64,000 nucleotides of DNA from a bacterium. GTDB lineage: Bacteria > RBG-13-61-14 > DATKZS01. The notes under the pieces are model-generated. The model was not told the origin of the DNA. It made no database searches and saw only the letters and a list, made by a program, of their open reading frames with translations. The stretch covers positions 72,027-136,026 of the forward strand of contig DATKZS010000140.1 in the NCBI GenBank assembly GCA_035527835.1, in the 5' to 3' direction. The position numbers and the translations under genes are program-made. This document shows positions 22,289 to 32,058 of this stretch, in pieces (position 1 is the stretch's first letter; each line of letters starts with the position of its first letter).

Positions 22289-23512
22289 ATGAAGCCGTTT
22301 CAGCTTTTGTGCAAGCCGACGGCGGGCGATTGCAACCTGGCCTGCACTTACTGCTTTTACCGCGAGACCACGCCGCATCTGTATCCGGACGAGATTAAGC
22401 ACCGCATGTCGCCGGAGATCATGGAGGCCATGGTCAAGGATCTGCTCTCCCACCGCTTTCCCGAGACCATTTTCTGCTGGCAGGGCGGCGAGCCGACGCT
22501 CATGGGCCTCTCCTTTTTCGAGGCCGTGATCGAGGCGCAGATGAAACATGGGAAGGGCGGGCAGGTCGTGGGCAACGCCTTCCAAACCAACGGCATCCTG
22601 ATTAACGACGACTGGGCGCGCTTTTTTGCCCGCTACCAGATGGTGGTGGGCCTGTCGCTGGACGGGCCGCGCGAGGTCCACGACCATTTCCGGCAAAATG
22701 CCGGCGGCGCCGGGACGTTCGAGCGGGTGATGGAGGCCGCCGAGCTGCTCCACGCGCGCGGCGTGGCCTTCAACATCCTGTGCGTGGTGAACCGAATGAA
22801 CCAGGAGCGCGGCCGCGAGGTCTACCGCTTCTTCCGCGCGCACGGGTTCGATTACATCCAGTTCATTCCCTGCCTGGAGACCGGACCCGACGGATCGGTC
22901 ATGCCCTTCTCCGCGACGCCCGACGGGCTCGCCCGCTTCCAAGGCGACGTGTTCGACGAGTACCGGCGCGACGGATTCCCCGCCGTGTCCGAGCGCACCT
23001 TCGACGCCGTGCTCAACCTGCACCTGTCCGGCCGGCCCAACGTGTGCACCTTCGGCGAGCGCTGCGGCGAGTACCTGGTGGTCGAGTACAACGGCGACGT
23101 TTACCCCTGCGATTTTTTCGTGGAGCGCGAGTGGCGGCTGGGGAACGTGATGGACCGCGGGCTCGCCGAATTTTTCAGCCACCCGCTGATGAAGACGTTC
23201 GCCGCGAGGAAGCAGGAGGTGGCCGATGAGTGCCGCGAGTGCGGCCGCCTTTCGTGGTGCCACGGCGGGTGCCTCAAGGACCGGCTCCCGGACCGAGCGT
23301 CCGCCCCGGGCCGCACCTATTTCTGCGAATCGTACCAGGCTTTGTTTGATGCCACTGACAAGGACATGGCACAATGGGCGGACGAGATCAGGGCGCAACA
23401 GGCGGCCGAGCAGTCAAGAGTTCAGCCCGCGGCCCGCATCCCCGGCAGAAACGATCCCTGCCCCTGCGGCAGCGACAAGAAATTCAAGAAATGCTGCGGC
23501 CGGGAGTCCTAG
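22289..23512 (+). CDS. radical SAM/SPASM maturase (anaerobic sulfatase-maturating enzyme-like) with C-terminal SEC-C motif
   Basis: CNLACTYC radical SAM cluster; SPASM cysteines; C-terminal CPCGSDKKFKKCCG. Confidence 0.8.
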   Translation: MKPFQLLCKPTAGDCNLACTYCFYRETTPHLYPDEIKHRMSPEIMEAMVKDLLSHRFPETIFCWQGGEPTLMGLSFFEAVIEAQMKHGKGGQVVGNAFQTNGILINDDWARFFARYQMVVGLSLDGPREVHDHFRQNAGGAGTFERVMEAAELLHARGVAFNILCVVNRMNQERGREVYRFFRAHGFDYIQFIPCLETGPDGSVMPFSATPDGLARFQGDVFDEYRRDGFPAVSERTFDAVLNLHLSGRPNVCTFGERCGEYLVVEYNGDVYPCDFFVEREWRLGNVMDRGLAEFFSHPLMKTFAARKQEVADECRECGRLSWCHGGCLKDRLPDRASAPGRTYFCESYQALFDATDKDMAQWADEIRAQQAAEQSRVQPAARIPGRNDPCPCGSDKKFKKCCGRES

Positions 23513-23529
23513 TCAGTGAGAAAAATAAT

Positions 23530-23609
23530 CAACCACAGATGAACACAGATGAACACAGATGATTAGAAAAAAGTTCTTTATCCGTGTTCATCCGTGTTCA
23601 TCTGTGGTT
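23530..23609. terminator. word-repeat hairpin (CAGATGAAC words)
   Basis: aaccacagatgaacacagatgaacacagatga ... tccgtgttcatccgtgttcatctgtggtt. Confidence 0.7.
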
Positions 23610-23632
23610 TAAAAAAAGGAGAGCCATCAACA

Positions 23633-24889
23633 ATGAAAAAAGCAATAATCCTGGTATTGGCGGTTCTGGCGGTTCTGGCGGCATGCAACGCTGGGGCGGC
23701 GGAGCTAAAGGCCGGCGTGGGGAGGGCCGAGATCGTGGCGCCGCCGGGCATGCCGCTGTCCGGCTACGGCGACCGCATCAACAAGCCGAACACGGGAGTG
23801 CACGACGCGGTTTACGCGCGGGCGCTGGTGCTGGAATCGGGCGGCAAACGCGCGGGCGTGGTGAGCGCCGACATTCTGATGATGTCGCGCGAGCTTCACC
23901 AGGAGGTGGCGGACCGGGTCAAGGACCTGGACCTCGACTTCCTCGCCATTTCCTGCACCCACACCCATTACAGCATCGGCGCGTACGTTGACAACAAGGT
24001 CGCCGAGATCGCGGTCATGGGCAAGTACGATCCGGCCGCGTTCGAGATCGTGGCTGACGCCATGGCCCGGGCCGTGCGCGAGGCCGCGGCGGACCAGAGG
24101 CCGGCGCATGTTGGCGCGGCTTCCGGCCCGGCTCCCGCGGTGACCCATAACCGCCGCCACGAGGGCGGGCCCACTGACCCGGCCATCCGCGTGCTCGGGC
24201 TGTGGGACGCGGACGGCAAGCTCATGGCCGTCATCATGAACCACGCCATCCACCCCACCACCATGCCCTCGCGGACCACGCTGGTCAGCGGCGACGTGGC
24301 CGGCCGGGCCGAGGCCTGGATGGAGGAGCGGCACCCGGGGGCCGTGGCCATGTTCATGAACGCGGGCCTCGGCGACCAGAGCCCCTACCTCCCCGGCATG
24401 AAGGACTCCTGGGAAAAGGTGGCCGCCATCGGCGAACGGATGGCCGAGCGCTCCGAGCAGATCCTGGACTCGATCCAGCCATCCGCCGACGTGGACCTGA
24501 CATTGTATGACCGCAAGTTCGACATGCCGTCCGTCTATCTTCGTCCATCGTTCCAGTGCTGGGGCGGGCTGAACCAGCTCTTCCGGGTCATCGGCGGCGA
24601 CATGATGCGCAAGGAGGGCGAGGTCATGGGCATCGGCCTCAATCAAGCGCTCTTCCTGTTTTCCGCCGGCGAGCTGGCCTACCAGGTCCAGGCCGATTTG
24701 GAGCAGATGTTCCCGGACCGCCTGGTCTTCGTGGCCGTGCATTCCAATGATATTTACGGATACGTGGTCACGCCGGAGGACTACAAGACCGGCGGCTACG
24801 AGACCTGCATGAGCTTCTACGGCCCGGACTTCGCAACGGTACTGGAGGACGAGTTCAAGCAAATGGTGGGTGAAGCGCCGAGGATGTGA
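23633..24889 (+). CDS. neutral/alkaline ceramidase-like secreted hydrolase
   Basis: Signal peptide; N-terminal region resembles the ceramidase N-domain (GYG.., CTHTHY); start trimmed to exclude the hairpin. Confidence 0.45.
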   Translation: MKKAIILVLAVLAVLAACNAGAAELKAGVGRAEIVAPPGMPLSGYGDRINKPNTGVHDAVYARALVLESGGKRAGVVSADILMMSRELHQEVADRVKDLDLDFLAISCTHTHYSIGAYVDNKVAEIAVMGKYDPAAFEIVADAMARAVREAAADQRPAHVGAASGPAPAVTHNRRHEGGPTDPAIRVLGLWDADGKLMAVIMNHAIHPTTMPSRTTLVSGDVAGRAEAWMEERHPGAVAMFMNAGLGDQSPYLPGMKDSWEKVAAIGERMAERSEQILDSIQPSADVDLTLYDRKFDMPSVYLRPSFQCWGGLNQLFRVIGGDMMRKEGEVMGIGLNQALFLFSAGELAYQVQADLEQMFPDRLVFVAVHSNDIYGYVVTPEDYKTGGYETCMSFYGPDFATVLEDEFKQMVGEAPRM

Positions 24890-24921
24890 GGCCGAATTTC
24901 CGCGAATTGAGAGATTAATTG

Positions 24922-24990
24922 CACGCAAAGGCGCGAAGGCGCAAAGTCAAGAATTCTTTTTTTTGCTTTGCGCCTTCGCGCCTTTGCGTG
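24922..24990. terminator. word-repeat hairpin (GCGCAAAG words)
   Basis: cacgcaaaggcgcgaaggcgcaaag ... ctttgcgccttcgcgcctttgcgtg. Confidence 0.7.
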
Positions 24991-25019
24991 AAAATAATTC
25001 CTTACAACTTCTCCTTTGT

Positions 25020-25745
25020 TTACCTGATCACGTACCTTCCCTTGCCATCCACTCTCACCTGCGGCAGCGTGTGGTCCTGCTCGAAGCGGGAATAGATTTT
25101 TTCCAGGTCCTGCCAGAACGGCCCGAGTTCCGGGAAGCGCGACGAGAAGGCGTTGAGCGTGGCCCGGCACGTGGGCTCGCTCATGCGGCAGGGGAAGAGG
25201 TGGACCGCGGGCGCGCGGCCGCTTTTTTGTTTGCTGTCGAGTGCCAGGATATAGAGCTCCTCGATGGGACCGTCCTGGATGGGGATGCAGCCGATGGTGA
25301 CGCAGTTGCCGTGGATGAAGACGTCGCCGCCGGGGTGGGCATGGTCGGCGAGGATGCGGTCGGAGGCGTTGGGGTAATTTAGGCCGAGCGACATGTGGTA
25401 GCTGCTCCAGGGATTGAACGTTACGATCTTGTACACCCCCTCGGGCACCTGGCCGTCGCCCTCCCGGCGCTTGGGCCCGAGTGTGCCGGATGAGGCGCAG
25501 ACCGGATAGGACGCGATCTTCCTGAACTCCGGCGCCGCCCGGTTGCGTCCCCAGACCTCGAGCTCATGCTCCAGCTTGAAGTGCCGGATGAACACCTGGT
25601 ATGGCGGGTAAGCGAGGCCCGCGTCCTTCACCTTTTGCTTGAGAAGATCGCCCTTCTTTGCCCGGGCCTCGGCCACGCGATCACGGGCGCTGGCGGGGAC
25701 TGAAGAGATGATGAAGGCAAGAATGATTCCCAGAGCTGCAAGCAT
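25020..25745 (-). CDS. L,D-transpeptidase (YkuD/YafK-like)
   Basis: Catalytic motif HGNCVTIGCIPI; start trimmed to MLAALG because the upstream part reads through repeat copy B. Confidence 0.7.
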   Translation of the reverse strand: MLAALGIILAFIISSVPASARDRVAEARAKKGDLLKQKVKDAGLAYPPYQVFIRHFKLEHELEVWGRNRAAPEFRKIASYPVCASSGTLGPKRREGDGQVPEGVYKIVTFNPWSSYHMSLGLNYPNASDRILADHAHPGGDVFIHGNCVTIGCIPIQDGPIEELYILALDSKQKSGRAPAVHLFPCRMSEPTCRATLNAFSSRFPELGPFWQDLEKIYSRFEQDHTLPQVRVDGKGRYVIR

Positions 25746-25774
25746 GAGAACAATCTTTAGCTTGGGAGACGTCG

Positions 25775-25874
25775 TCCGGGAATCTCGGCCGTCCCTGCCG
25801 GGACTTGGCGGTTTTATCGCATCGGGATCCCAGGAATGAATTCCTGGGCTATTATTCGGCTGTCCCTCCGGGAC
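25775..25874 (-). repeat. triple-hairpin element, copy B (reverse orientation)
   Basis: gtccctgccgggac - cccaggaatgaattcctggg - gtccctccgggac; reverse complement of copy A aligns. Confidence 0.75.
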
Positions 25875-25926
25875 AAAATGAACGCACCTCACGAAAAAAC
25901 AACGCTTCATGCAAGATGGGACAACG

Positions 25927-26946
25927 TCAGAGCTTGGCGAGTTTCACGGCGAGCTTGATGGCTGCGATCATGCTTGCGGGATCGGCCTTTCCTTTCCAGG
26001 CGATGTCGGGGGCGGCGCCGTGGGCGGGCGAGGTGCGGATGATGGGGAGGCCGAGGGTCACGTTGACGGCGCGGCCCATGCCGATGGTCTTGATGGGGAT
26101 CATGGCTTGGTCGTGGTACATGCAGACCGCGGCGTCATAGGTCTTGCGGGCGGCGGGAGTGAAGAGCGTGTCGGCCGGGAGCGGGCCGGTGACGCGGGCG
26201 CCCTGCGACCGGGCCTCCTTGACCGCGCGCGAGATCACGTCCTTTTCCTCGCTCCCCAGCAGCCCATCCTCGCCGGCGTGCGGGTTCAGGCCGGAGACCG
26301 ATATGCGCGGCGACTTGATCCGGAACCGCCTGGCGAGCTCGGAGCGCACCGTCATGATGGTGGCGAGGATTTTTTCCGGCGTCAGCATCTTGGGCACCAG
26401 CGCCAGCGGAGCGTGCACGGTCACGGGAACCACGCGGAAATTCCCGGCCGCCAGCATCATCACGGCGCGGCCGCCGGTCTGATCCGCGAGCCAGTCGGTA
26501 TGGCCGGGATAGGGGAAGCCGGCCGCGCTCATCGCGCTCTTGGTGACGGGCGCGGTCACCAAGGCGGCGCATGACCCATTTATAACCAGCGCCAGCCCGG
26601 CCTCCAGGCACTCCCACATGGCACGGCCCTCCGTTGCCCCGGCCGCGCCGGGAGTGATGGAGCGCAAAGATAGCCCGGACGCGCACAGCATGGCGGCCCT
26701 GGCCGGCGGAGCGCTCAATGCCTCTCCGGCGCTCTCGAATATGGGCATTCGGGCCATGGCCTTTCCGGCCGCGGGTGACGCGAATTTCTTGATGGCGCGG
26801 ACGATGATCTCGCGGGCGCCGATGATGAGGAACGATGCGGGAGAGCGGGGGAGGAGTCGTTCGAGGGCCTTGACGATGATTTCAGGTCCGATCCCGCAGG
26901 GGTCGCCCATGGTGACGGCGATCCTGGGCAGGGGGCGCGGGCTCAT
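25927..26946 (-). CDS. pdxA: 4-hydroxythreonine-4-phosphate dehydrogenase PdxA
   Basis: 339 aa; PdxA motifs (ITMGDPCGIGPEI, HAP..GLNPHAGE); downstream of surA as in the classical surA-pdxA operon. Confidence 0.88.
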   Translation of the reverse strand: MSPRPLPRIAVTMGDPCGIGPEIIVKALERLLPRSPASFLIIGAREIIVRAIKKFASPAAGKAMARMPIFESAGEALSAPPARAAMLCASGLSLRSITPGAAGATEGRAMWECLEAGLALVINGSCAALVTAPVTKSAMSAAGFPYPGHTDWLADQTGGRAVMMLAAGNFRVVPVTVHAPLALVPKMLTPEKILATIMTVRSELARRFRIKSPRISVSGLNPHAGEDGLLGSEEKDVISRAVKEARSQGARVTGPLPADTLFTPAARKTYDAAVCMYHDQAMIPIKTIGMGRAVNVTLGLPIIRTSPAHGAAPDIAWKGKADPASMIAAIKLAVKLAKL

Positions 26947-28070
26947 GGGTTCGGGTATGGCGACACGCCGGGATTGGCGAGCCGGTTTTCGATATAGGTC
27001 CTGGCCTTGAGGCGTTCGAGCCAGAGGTCATAGCGCTCCATGGCTTCCTGCTGGAAGATGATGTCGTGAATCTGGTCCTTGACTTTGTCGAGCGGCACGA
27101 GCTGGCCTTTCTTGGTCTCTTCGAGGAGGATGAGGTGCGCGCCCTTGCCTTGGACGAAGACGGGGCTCATCTCGCCGGGCTGGAGCTTCGAGACCTGGTC
27201 GCGGAACTCGGGCAAGAGCTCGGTGATGACGAACCAGCCGAGGTCGCCGCCGCTGGACGCGGTCGGGCTCTTGGAATATTTTCTGGCCATTTCCTGGAAG
27301 TCGGCGCCGGCCGCGATCTGGGCCCGGACGCCCGTAAGGCGCTTGACCGCCCCGGCCTCGGCGGTGGACCCGTAGGAAATAAAGGGAATGAAGATGTGCC
27401 TTAAATGGAGCGTGTCCTTCTCCGTGAATCTCTCGGGGTGCTGAGTGTAATAGGACTGGATTTCCTCGTCCGTGACCTCGATCTCGCTGCGCACTTCCTG
27501 GCTGATGAGGCGGAAGGTGATGAGCTGGTCCTTCACCTCATTGCGGTACTGGTCCATGGTGATGCCCTGCAACAAGAGCGCGCGCTCGAAGTCCTGCTCG
27601 GAGAGGCCCAGGCTCTCGCGCTTGCGGTCAATGGCCTTCTCGACCTCCAACGCGTCCACGTGGATGCCCTGCTTCTTGACTTCCTGCTCGATCACCTTGT
27701 GCTTGACCATCTCGTCCAGGTACTGTTCCCGGGTCAGTTTCCGGGCCGATTCGCCGGACAGAGGGTCAGGAGTCATCAGGCCGAGCTCGTCGGTGGCATA
27801 AACGGTATTGAGCTCCTGTTCCGTGATGACCACGTCGCCCACCACCGCCACGATCCGGTCCACCACCTCGGCGCAGAGGATGAGCGCGAGGCCCACAAGC
27901 GCCGCGCCTTTCCAGAGGGAGGCGCTATGAAAGGATTTTTTCACGGCTTTATTTTTATCCGCCGGAGGCGGTATCCCCGGTCTTGACCGACGCTCCGGGC
28001 ATGGGCTCCGGCTTTGGCGGGGCCGGCGGCTGGGCTGTTGATCCGGGCTCGACGCCCGATCCGGGCTCAA
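26943..28070 (-). CDS. surA: SurA-like parvulin-type peptidyl-prolyl isomerase
   Basis: PpiC/parvulin domain (SGGDLGWF); start codon uncertain, possibly internal GTG near 27939. Confidence 0.75.
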   Translation of the reverse strand: MSPDRASSPDQQPSRRPRQSRSPCPERRSRPGIPPPADKNKAVKKSFHSASLWKGAALVGLALILCAEVVDRIVAVVGDVVITEQELNTVYATDELGLMTPDPLSGESARKLTREQYLDEMVKHKVIEQEVKKQGIHVDALEVEKAIDRKRESLGLSEQDFERALLLQGITMDQYRNEVKDQLITFRLISQEVRSEIEVTDEEIQSYYTQHPERFTEKDTLHLRHIFIPFISYGSTAEAGAVKRLTGVRAQIAAGADFQEMARKYSKSPTASSGGDLGWFVITELLPEFRDQVSKLQPGEMSPVFVQGKGAHLILLEETKKGQLVPLDKVKDQIHDIIFQQEAMERYDLWLERLKARTYIENRLANPGVSPYPNP

Positions 28071-28968
28071 CCGAGTTGCCCGCCTGGGCCGCGATGGCCT
28101 TCTTCAGGTTGTCGAAAAGATACTGGAGAGCTTCATCGTTTCTGGTGATGACGTTGTCGCCGCGGCTGTTGAGCTCGTTGGAGTAGGAGCGGACCACCTC
28201 GTCCATTTTCCGGTCGCGCAGGGCCCCGCGCAGCTGCGGGCCGAGCCCGCGCGGGTCGAGGTTGCCGGACGGCTCCACCAACTGGAAGATGTACCAGCCA
28301 TTCCCGCCCTCGACCGGCTCCGTGAATTCACCGGGCTGCTTCAGGCCGAACACGGCCTCCGCGGCCTGGAACCCGGCCATGTTCTGGATGGTTTCGTGCG
28401 TCACGTATCCCATCTCGCCGCCGTCGGCCGCGTTGCCCGCCTCGGAGCGGGCCTGGGCTGTTTCCCGGAAGTCCGCGCCGCCCTTGAGCTCATCGTACGC
28501 CGCCTTGGCTTTTTCCCCGGCCTTGGCCTTGGCCTTGCCAGTGGCGTTTTCCGGGAACTTGACCAGGATGAAGCGGAGCCGGATGAAATTCTCCTGGAAA
28601 TAACGGTAGATGTCCGCGTCGGAAACGGCCTTGTCCAACAGCGCCCCCACCAGGATGCGCTGGCGGGACATGACGATCTGCTCCTTGACCGACGGGTCCT
28701 CGTCAAGGCGCCGCCGCTGGGCCTCCTGGGCCATCAGCTTCCACGTCACCACCTCGTCCAGCAGCTTCTTCGTGCCATCCACCCCGCTGTACGCCACCTT
28801 GTCCTCGTCCGAGAGCATGGACCAGGCCCGCTGCAGCTCGCCCACCTTGATCGGATCGCCGTTCACCGTCATCAGAACGTCGGGACCCGTCTCCTCCGTC
28901 TTTTTGCAGCCACAGAATAGGGCCGCGCCCACCGCGCCCGCCAACAGCCACACCAAAACCCGCTTCAT
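27955..28968 (-). CDS. parvulin-type PPIase / PpiD-like chaperone lipoprotein
   Basis: Signal/lipobox LFCGC; parvulin domain (GGEMGYV..); start trimmed to MKRVLVW. Confidence 0.7.
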   Translation of the reverse strand: MKRVLVWLLAGAVGAALFCGCKKTEETGPDVLMTVNGDPIKVGELQRAWSMLSDEDKVAYSGVDGTKKLLDEVVTWKLMAQEAQRRRLDEDPSVKEQIVMSRQRILVGALLDKAVSDADIYRYFQENFIRLRFILVKFPENATGKAKAKAGEKAKAAYDELKGGADFRETAQARSEAGNAADGGEMGYVTHETIQNMAGFQAAEAVFGLKQPGEFTEPVEGGNGWYIFQLVEPSGNLDPRGLGPQLRGALRDRKMDEVVRSYSNELNSRGDNVITRNDEALQYLFDNLKKAIAAQAGNSVEPGSGVEPGSTAQPPAPPKPEPMPGASVKTGDTASGG

Positions 28969-29198
28969 GCCTTGGCCTCCTCCTCCGCCTTCTTCAAGTA
29001 CTCGCTCTTGTAGTGGGCCTCGCAATAGGCTTTGAGGAAGCGCCGCTTACGGCAGCCCTCGGCCTTGCAGATCTTGTAGCGGGTCTTGCCGTACTCGCCC
29101 TTGCGCCATTTATTGTAATGGATCCTGCAGTAGCCCTTGGCCCGAACCGCCCGCTTGCACCCCCCGATCTTGCACGCTTGTGTTTTTGCCACCCCCAA
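28965..29198 (-). CDS. small zinc-ribbon protein with duplicated C-x4-C...GYC-x2-HY motif
   Basis: 77 aa; motif occurs twice; resembles zinc-binding modules seen N-terminal to phage HNH endonucleases. Confidence 0.45.
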   Translation of the reverse strand: MGVAKTQACKIGGCKRAVRAKGYCRIHYNKWRKGEYGKTRYKICKAEGCRKRRFLKAYCEAHYKSEYLKKAEEEAKA

Positions 29199-29449
29199 AT
29201 CCTCCCTTAAAATCTATTTTTTTTTCGAGTCAGTGAGACCACGGAAATCCGTATTTTGATCCCGAACTTCACCGGAAATCAAACGTTGATCTTAAAAGGC
29301 CATGAAAACCGGCCCGGACCCAACGGTTAATAATACAGTCCGCTTCCCGCGGAGTCAACGCGCGGATACAGCAACAATGTTAAGTTGCGAGTCCCGCGTT
29401 AAATCTGCCTCCCGCTGCATGCTCTCTCTCTTGAAATAGTTTTTCCAAG

Positions 29450-30946
29450 TCAGGATGAGCCCCCGCTAAAGACTTTTTTCATTACCAGCAAGCCGTCACC
29501 GAAGACCTTGAGCAGGCTGATGATGACCACGATGAATTCCAACCGGCCGAGGAACATGGCGCTGGTTTCCGCCCATAAAGCGGCGTCCGGCATCTGGGCG
29601 GAGGTGACGCCTACTGAGAGGCCGACCGTTCCAACCGATGAGGCGAACTCAAAAAGGGAGTCGGCAAGGCTAAAGCCACCGGCGCACAAGATAGCGACGC
29701 CGACGGCGTAGGTCAGCAGGTACAAGAAGATGAAGACCGCCGCCTGGCGCACCCTGGCGTCATCCACGAAGACCCGGTGATTGCCCTCCCAGACTGGGCG
29801 TTCGAGGACCGCGGTGCGCGGCATGAGGTAACGCTTGATGTCCCAGAGCAGAAGCTTCCACAGGAGATAGATCCGGAATTGCTTGATGCCGCCGGCGGTG
29901 GAACAGGTGCCGCCTCCGATCAGCATCAAAACAATCAGCAGGAGCACGCCGAAGGAGTTCCAGTTCGTGTAACTGACGGTGGAAAACCCGGTGGTGGTGA
30001 GCGCCGAAACCGTCTCGAATAAGGACACTCGGAACGATTTTCCCAATTGCGGATAGATGGCCCGGCACGTAAGCAGGAACGCCGTGGCAACGGACAATGG
30101 AATGAGCACTGCCATCAGGCGGACCTCGCCGTTTCTCGCCACGGCGCGGAGCTTGCCGCGCCACAGGAACCAGGCGGTTATAAAGCTCATGTTGCCGAGG
30201 ACCATGAGGGGCAGGGTCACCGCCTCGATGGCCGGCGAATTCCAGTACCCGATGCTCTCCGGGCGGGTTGAAAACCCTCCGGTGGAAACGGCGGTGAAGG
30301 CGTGGTTAAGCGCGTCGAAAAACGACATGCCCGCGATCCGGTAGGCCAGGGTCCCGGCGGCGGCGTAACAGCTATAGATGATCATGACCAGGCGCGCGGA
30401 CTGGCGGACGTGCGGGACGAGCTGGTCGCTTCGCCCTTCTGCGGTCGAGATGCCGACGCCGATGGGACCCATGATGGCCGACATCATGATGATGGCGAGG
30501 CCCGCCCCGCCGGCCAATTGCATGACGCTGCGCCACAGCAGCACCATCGGGCCTGCCCGGGTCACGTCCACGACCGAAAGGCCGGTGGTGGTCCAGCCGC
30601 TCACCGATTCAAACACGGCCCGGGAGAACGAAAGCCGCAGGACCGACATAAAAGGGAGCGCCGAGAAGAGGATGACCACGACCCAACTGACGAGGACGAT
30701 GACGCCGCCTTCCTGGACCGAGAGCGTGACGGTGGAAGCGGGACGAAACAGCCTCCATAAAAGCACCCCGAACAGGCCAAGGCCGCCCGCGGGGAACAAA
30801 AATGCCGGGGCTTTTACCGCTTCCTCGGGATACGCCAGGATGGCGGCCAACGGCGTGACCATGACCGCGGCGCAAATCAGCAGGATAATGCCGACGGATG
30901 AGAGGATCGCCGCATAGCGTTGCTTGAGATATTGCTTTTCCCGCAA
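29450..30946 (-). CDS. trkH: TrkH/KtrB-family potassium uptake protein
   Basis: 498 aa polytopic membrane protein with repeated pore-loop modules. Confidence 0.85.
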   Translation of the reverse strand: MREKQYLKQRYAAILSSVGIILLICAAVMVTPLAAILAYPEEAVKAPAFLFPAGGLGLFGVLLWRLFRPASTVTLSVQEGGVIVLVSWVVVILFSALPFMSVLRLSFSRAVFESVSGWTTTGLSVVDVTRAGPMVLLWRSVMQLAGGAGLAIIMMSAIMGPIGVGISTAEGRSDQLVPHVRQSARLVMIIYSCYAAAGTLAYRIAGMSFFDALNHAFTAVSTGGFSTRPESIGYWNSPAIEAVTLPLMVLGNMSFITAWFLWRGKLRAVARNGEVRLMAVLIPLSVATAFLLTCRAIYPQLGKSFRVSLFETVSALTTTGFSTVSYTNWNSFGVLLLIVLMLIGGGTCSTAGGIKQFRIYLLWKLLLWDIKRYLMPRTAVLERPVWEGNHRVFVDDARVRQAAVFIFLYLLTYAVGVAILCAGGFSLADSLFEFASSVGTVGLSVGVTSAQMPDAALWAETSAMFLGRLEFIVVIISLLKVFGDGLLVMKKVFSGGSS

Positions 30947-30958
30947 GACCCGGCTCCT

Positions 30959-31621
30959 CTATCTCCGCTCACCCGTGAAGGCCTTGAGCACGGGGCCATG
31001 GTTCTCCGGCAGGGTGATCAGGACCAGTCGGTCCCCGCCCACCAACTGGCTGGACCCGCGGGGAACGATCGGGTGATTGCCGCGGATCACGACCGCGACC
31101 AGGGCGTTGTCGGGGAGTTCAATGTCCTTTAAAAACTTGCCCGCGACGGGGGAATCGGCGTCGAGGATGATCTCCGTCACGTTCACCCGGCCTTCTCCGA
31201 CCGAGAGCAGGTTGGTGATCTGTTCCAGGGACGCCCGCTGTTCAATCATGCTGCTTACGATGTCGGTTGTTGAAAAGGCCGAGACGCCCAGCTTTTCAAA
31301 CACCTCCGCGTTGTCGGGGTCGTTGGCCAGCGCCACGGTCCTGGGCACATCAAATTTAAGGGAGGCCAGTTGGCAGATCACAAGGTTGTCCTGGTCGTTG
31401 GGGGTGATGGCGAGCACCGCGTGCGCTCCCATCGCGCCGGCTTCCTGGAGGGTCCTGGCGTCGCTTCCGTCGCCGAAAACCACGGTGGCGGAAAGCTGCC
31501 GGGCCAACCGCACGCATTCCTCCAGGTTCCGGTTGATGATTATGACCTCGTATCCTTTGGCCGTGAAGTTCCGGCAAAGGAAATAGAGGGTCTGGCCGCC
31601 TCCGACGATGAGGACTTTCAT
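30959..31621 (-). CDS. trkA: TrkA/KtrA RCK-domain potassium uptake regulator
   Basis: Rossmann motif GGGQTL, RCK_N plus RCK_C. Confidence 0.85.
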   Translation of the reverse strand: MKVLIVGGGQTLYFLCRNFTAKGYEVIIINRNLEECVRLARQLSATVVFGDGSDARTLQEAGAMGAHAVLAITPNDQDNLVICQLASLKFDVPRTVALANDPDNAEVFEKLGVSAFSTTDIVSSMIEQRASLEQITNLLSVGEGRVNVTEIILDADSPVAGKFLKDIELPDNALVAVVIRGNHPIVPRGSSQLVGGDRLVLITLPENHGPVLKAFTGERR

Positions 31622-32058
31622 GGCCGCGCTCCCGGCGGGACGGAGGCATCATTGTGCACGGCCTGGAGGAGCAGGGTCGCGGCCACGGACGTCGGGCAAA
31701 TGGTCTCGACCCCCAATTGCGCATATACTTCCTCCCTTCTCGGATCGAACACACGGGCCAACACGCGGGGCACGTCAAAGACCTTTCGCGCCACCTGGGC
31801 CACCATCAGGTTGACGTTGTCCTCGCGGGTGGTCGCGATGAGCACGTCGGCATCCTTCAGCTTGGCTTCCTTCAGAATGGCCATCTGGGTGGCGTCGCCA
31901 TTGACCCGGAACCCGCTGAAATCCGGAGACAGGTCGGCGAACCGGGCTTCATTGGTATCAATCACGACGACCGAATTGCCCTCGCGGCTGAGCTGGTTGG
32001 CCAGGTATGACCCCAGTCGCCCGCAACCCGCGATCACGATGTAACGATTACTTCTCAT
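31618..32058 (-). CDS. TrkA-N (RCK_N) domain protein
   Basis: GCGRLG Rossmann motif; start trimmed to MRSNRYIV. Confidence 0.75.
   Translation of the reverse strand: MRSNRYIVIAGCGRLGSYLANQLSREGNSVVVIDTNEARFADLSPDFSGFRVNGDATQMAILKEAKLKDADVLIATTREDNVNLMVAQVARKVFDVPRVLARVFDPRREEVYAQLGVETICPTSVAATLLLQAVHNDASVPPGARP

Noticed and set aside
23594-23632. Upstream ATG extensions of several ORFs (23594, 25910, 36326, 45833, 49133, 11571, 22264)
   Set aside because: The extensions read through hairpin repeats or repeat elements. Internal ATG or GTG codons with better context, and domain boundaries, give shorter and more plausible starts.
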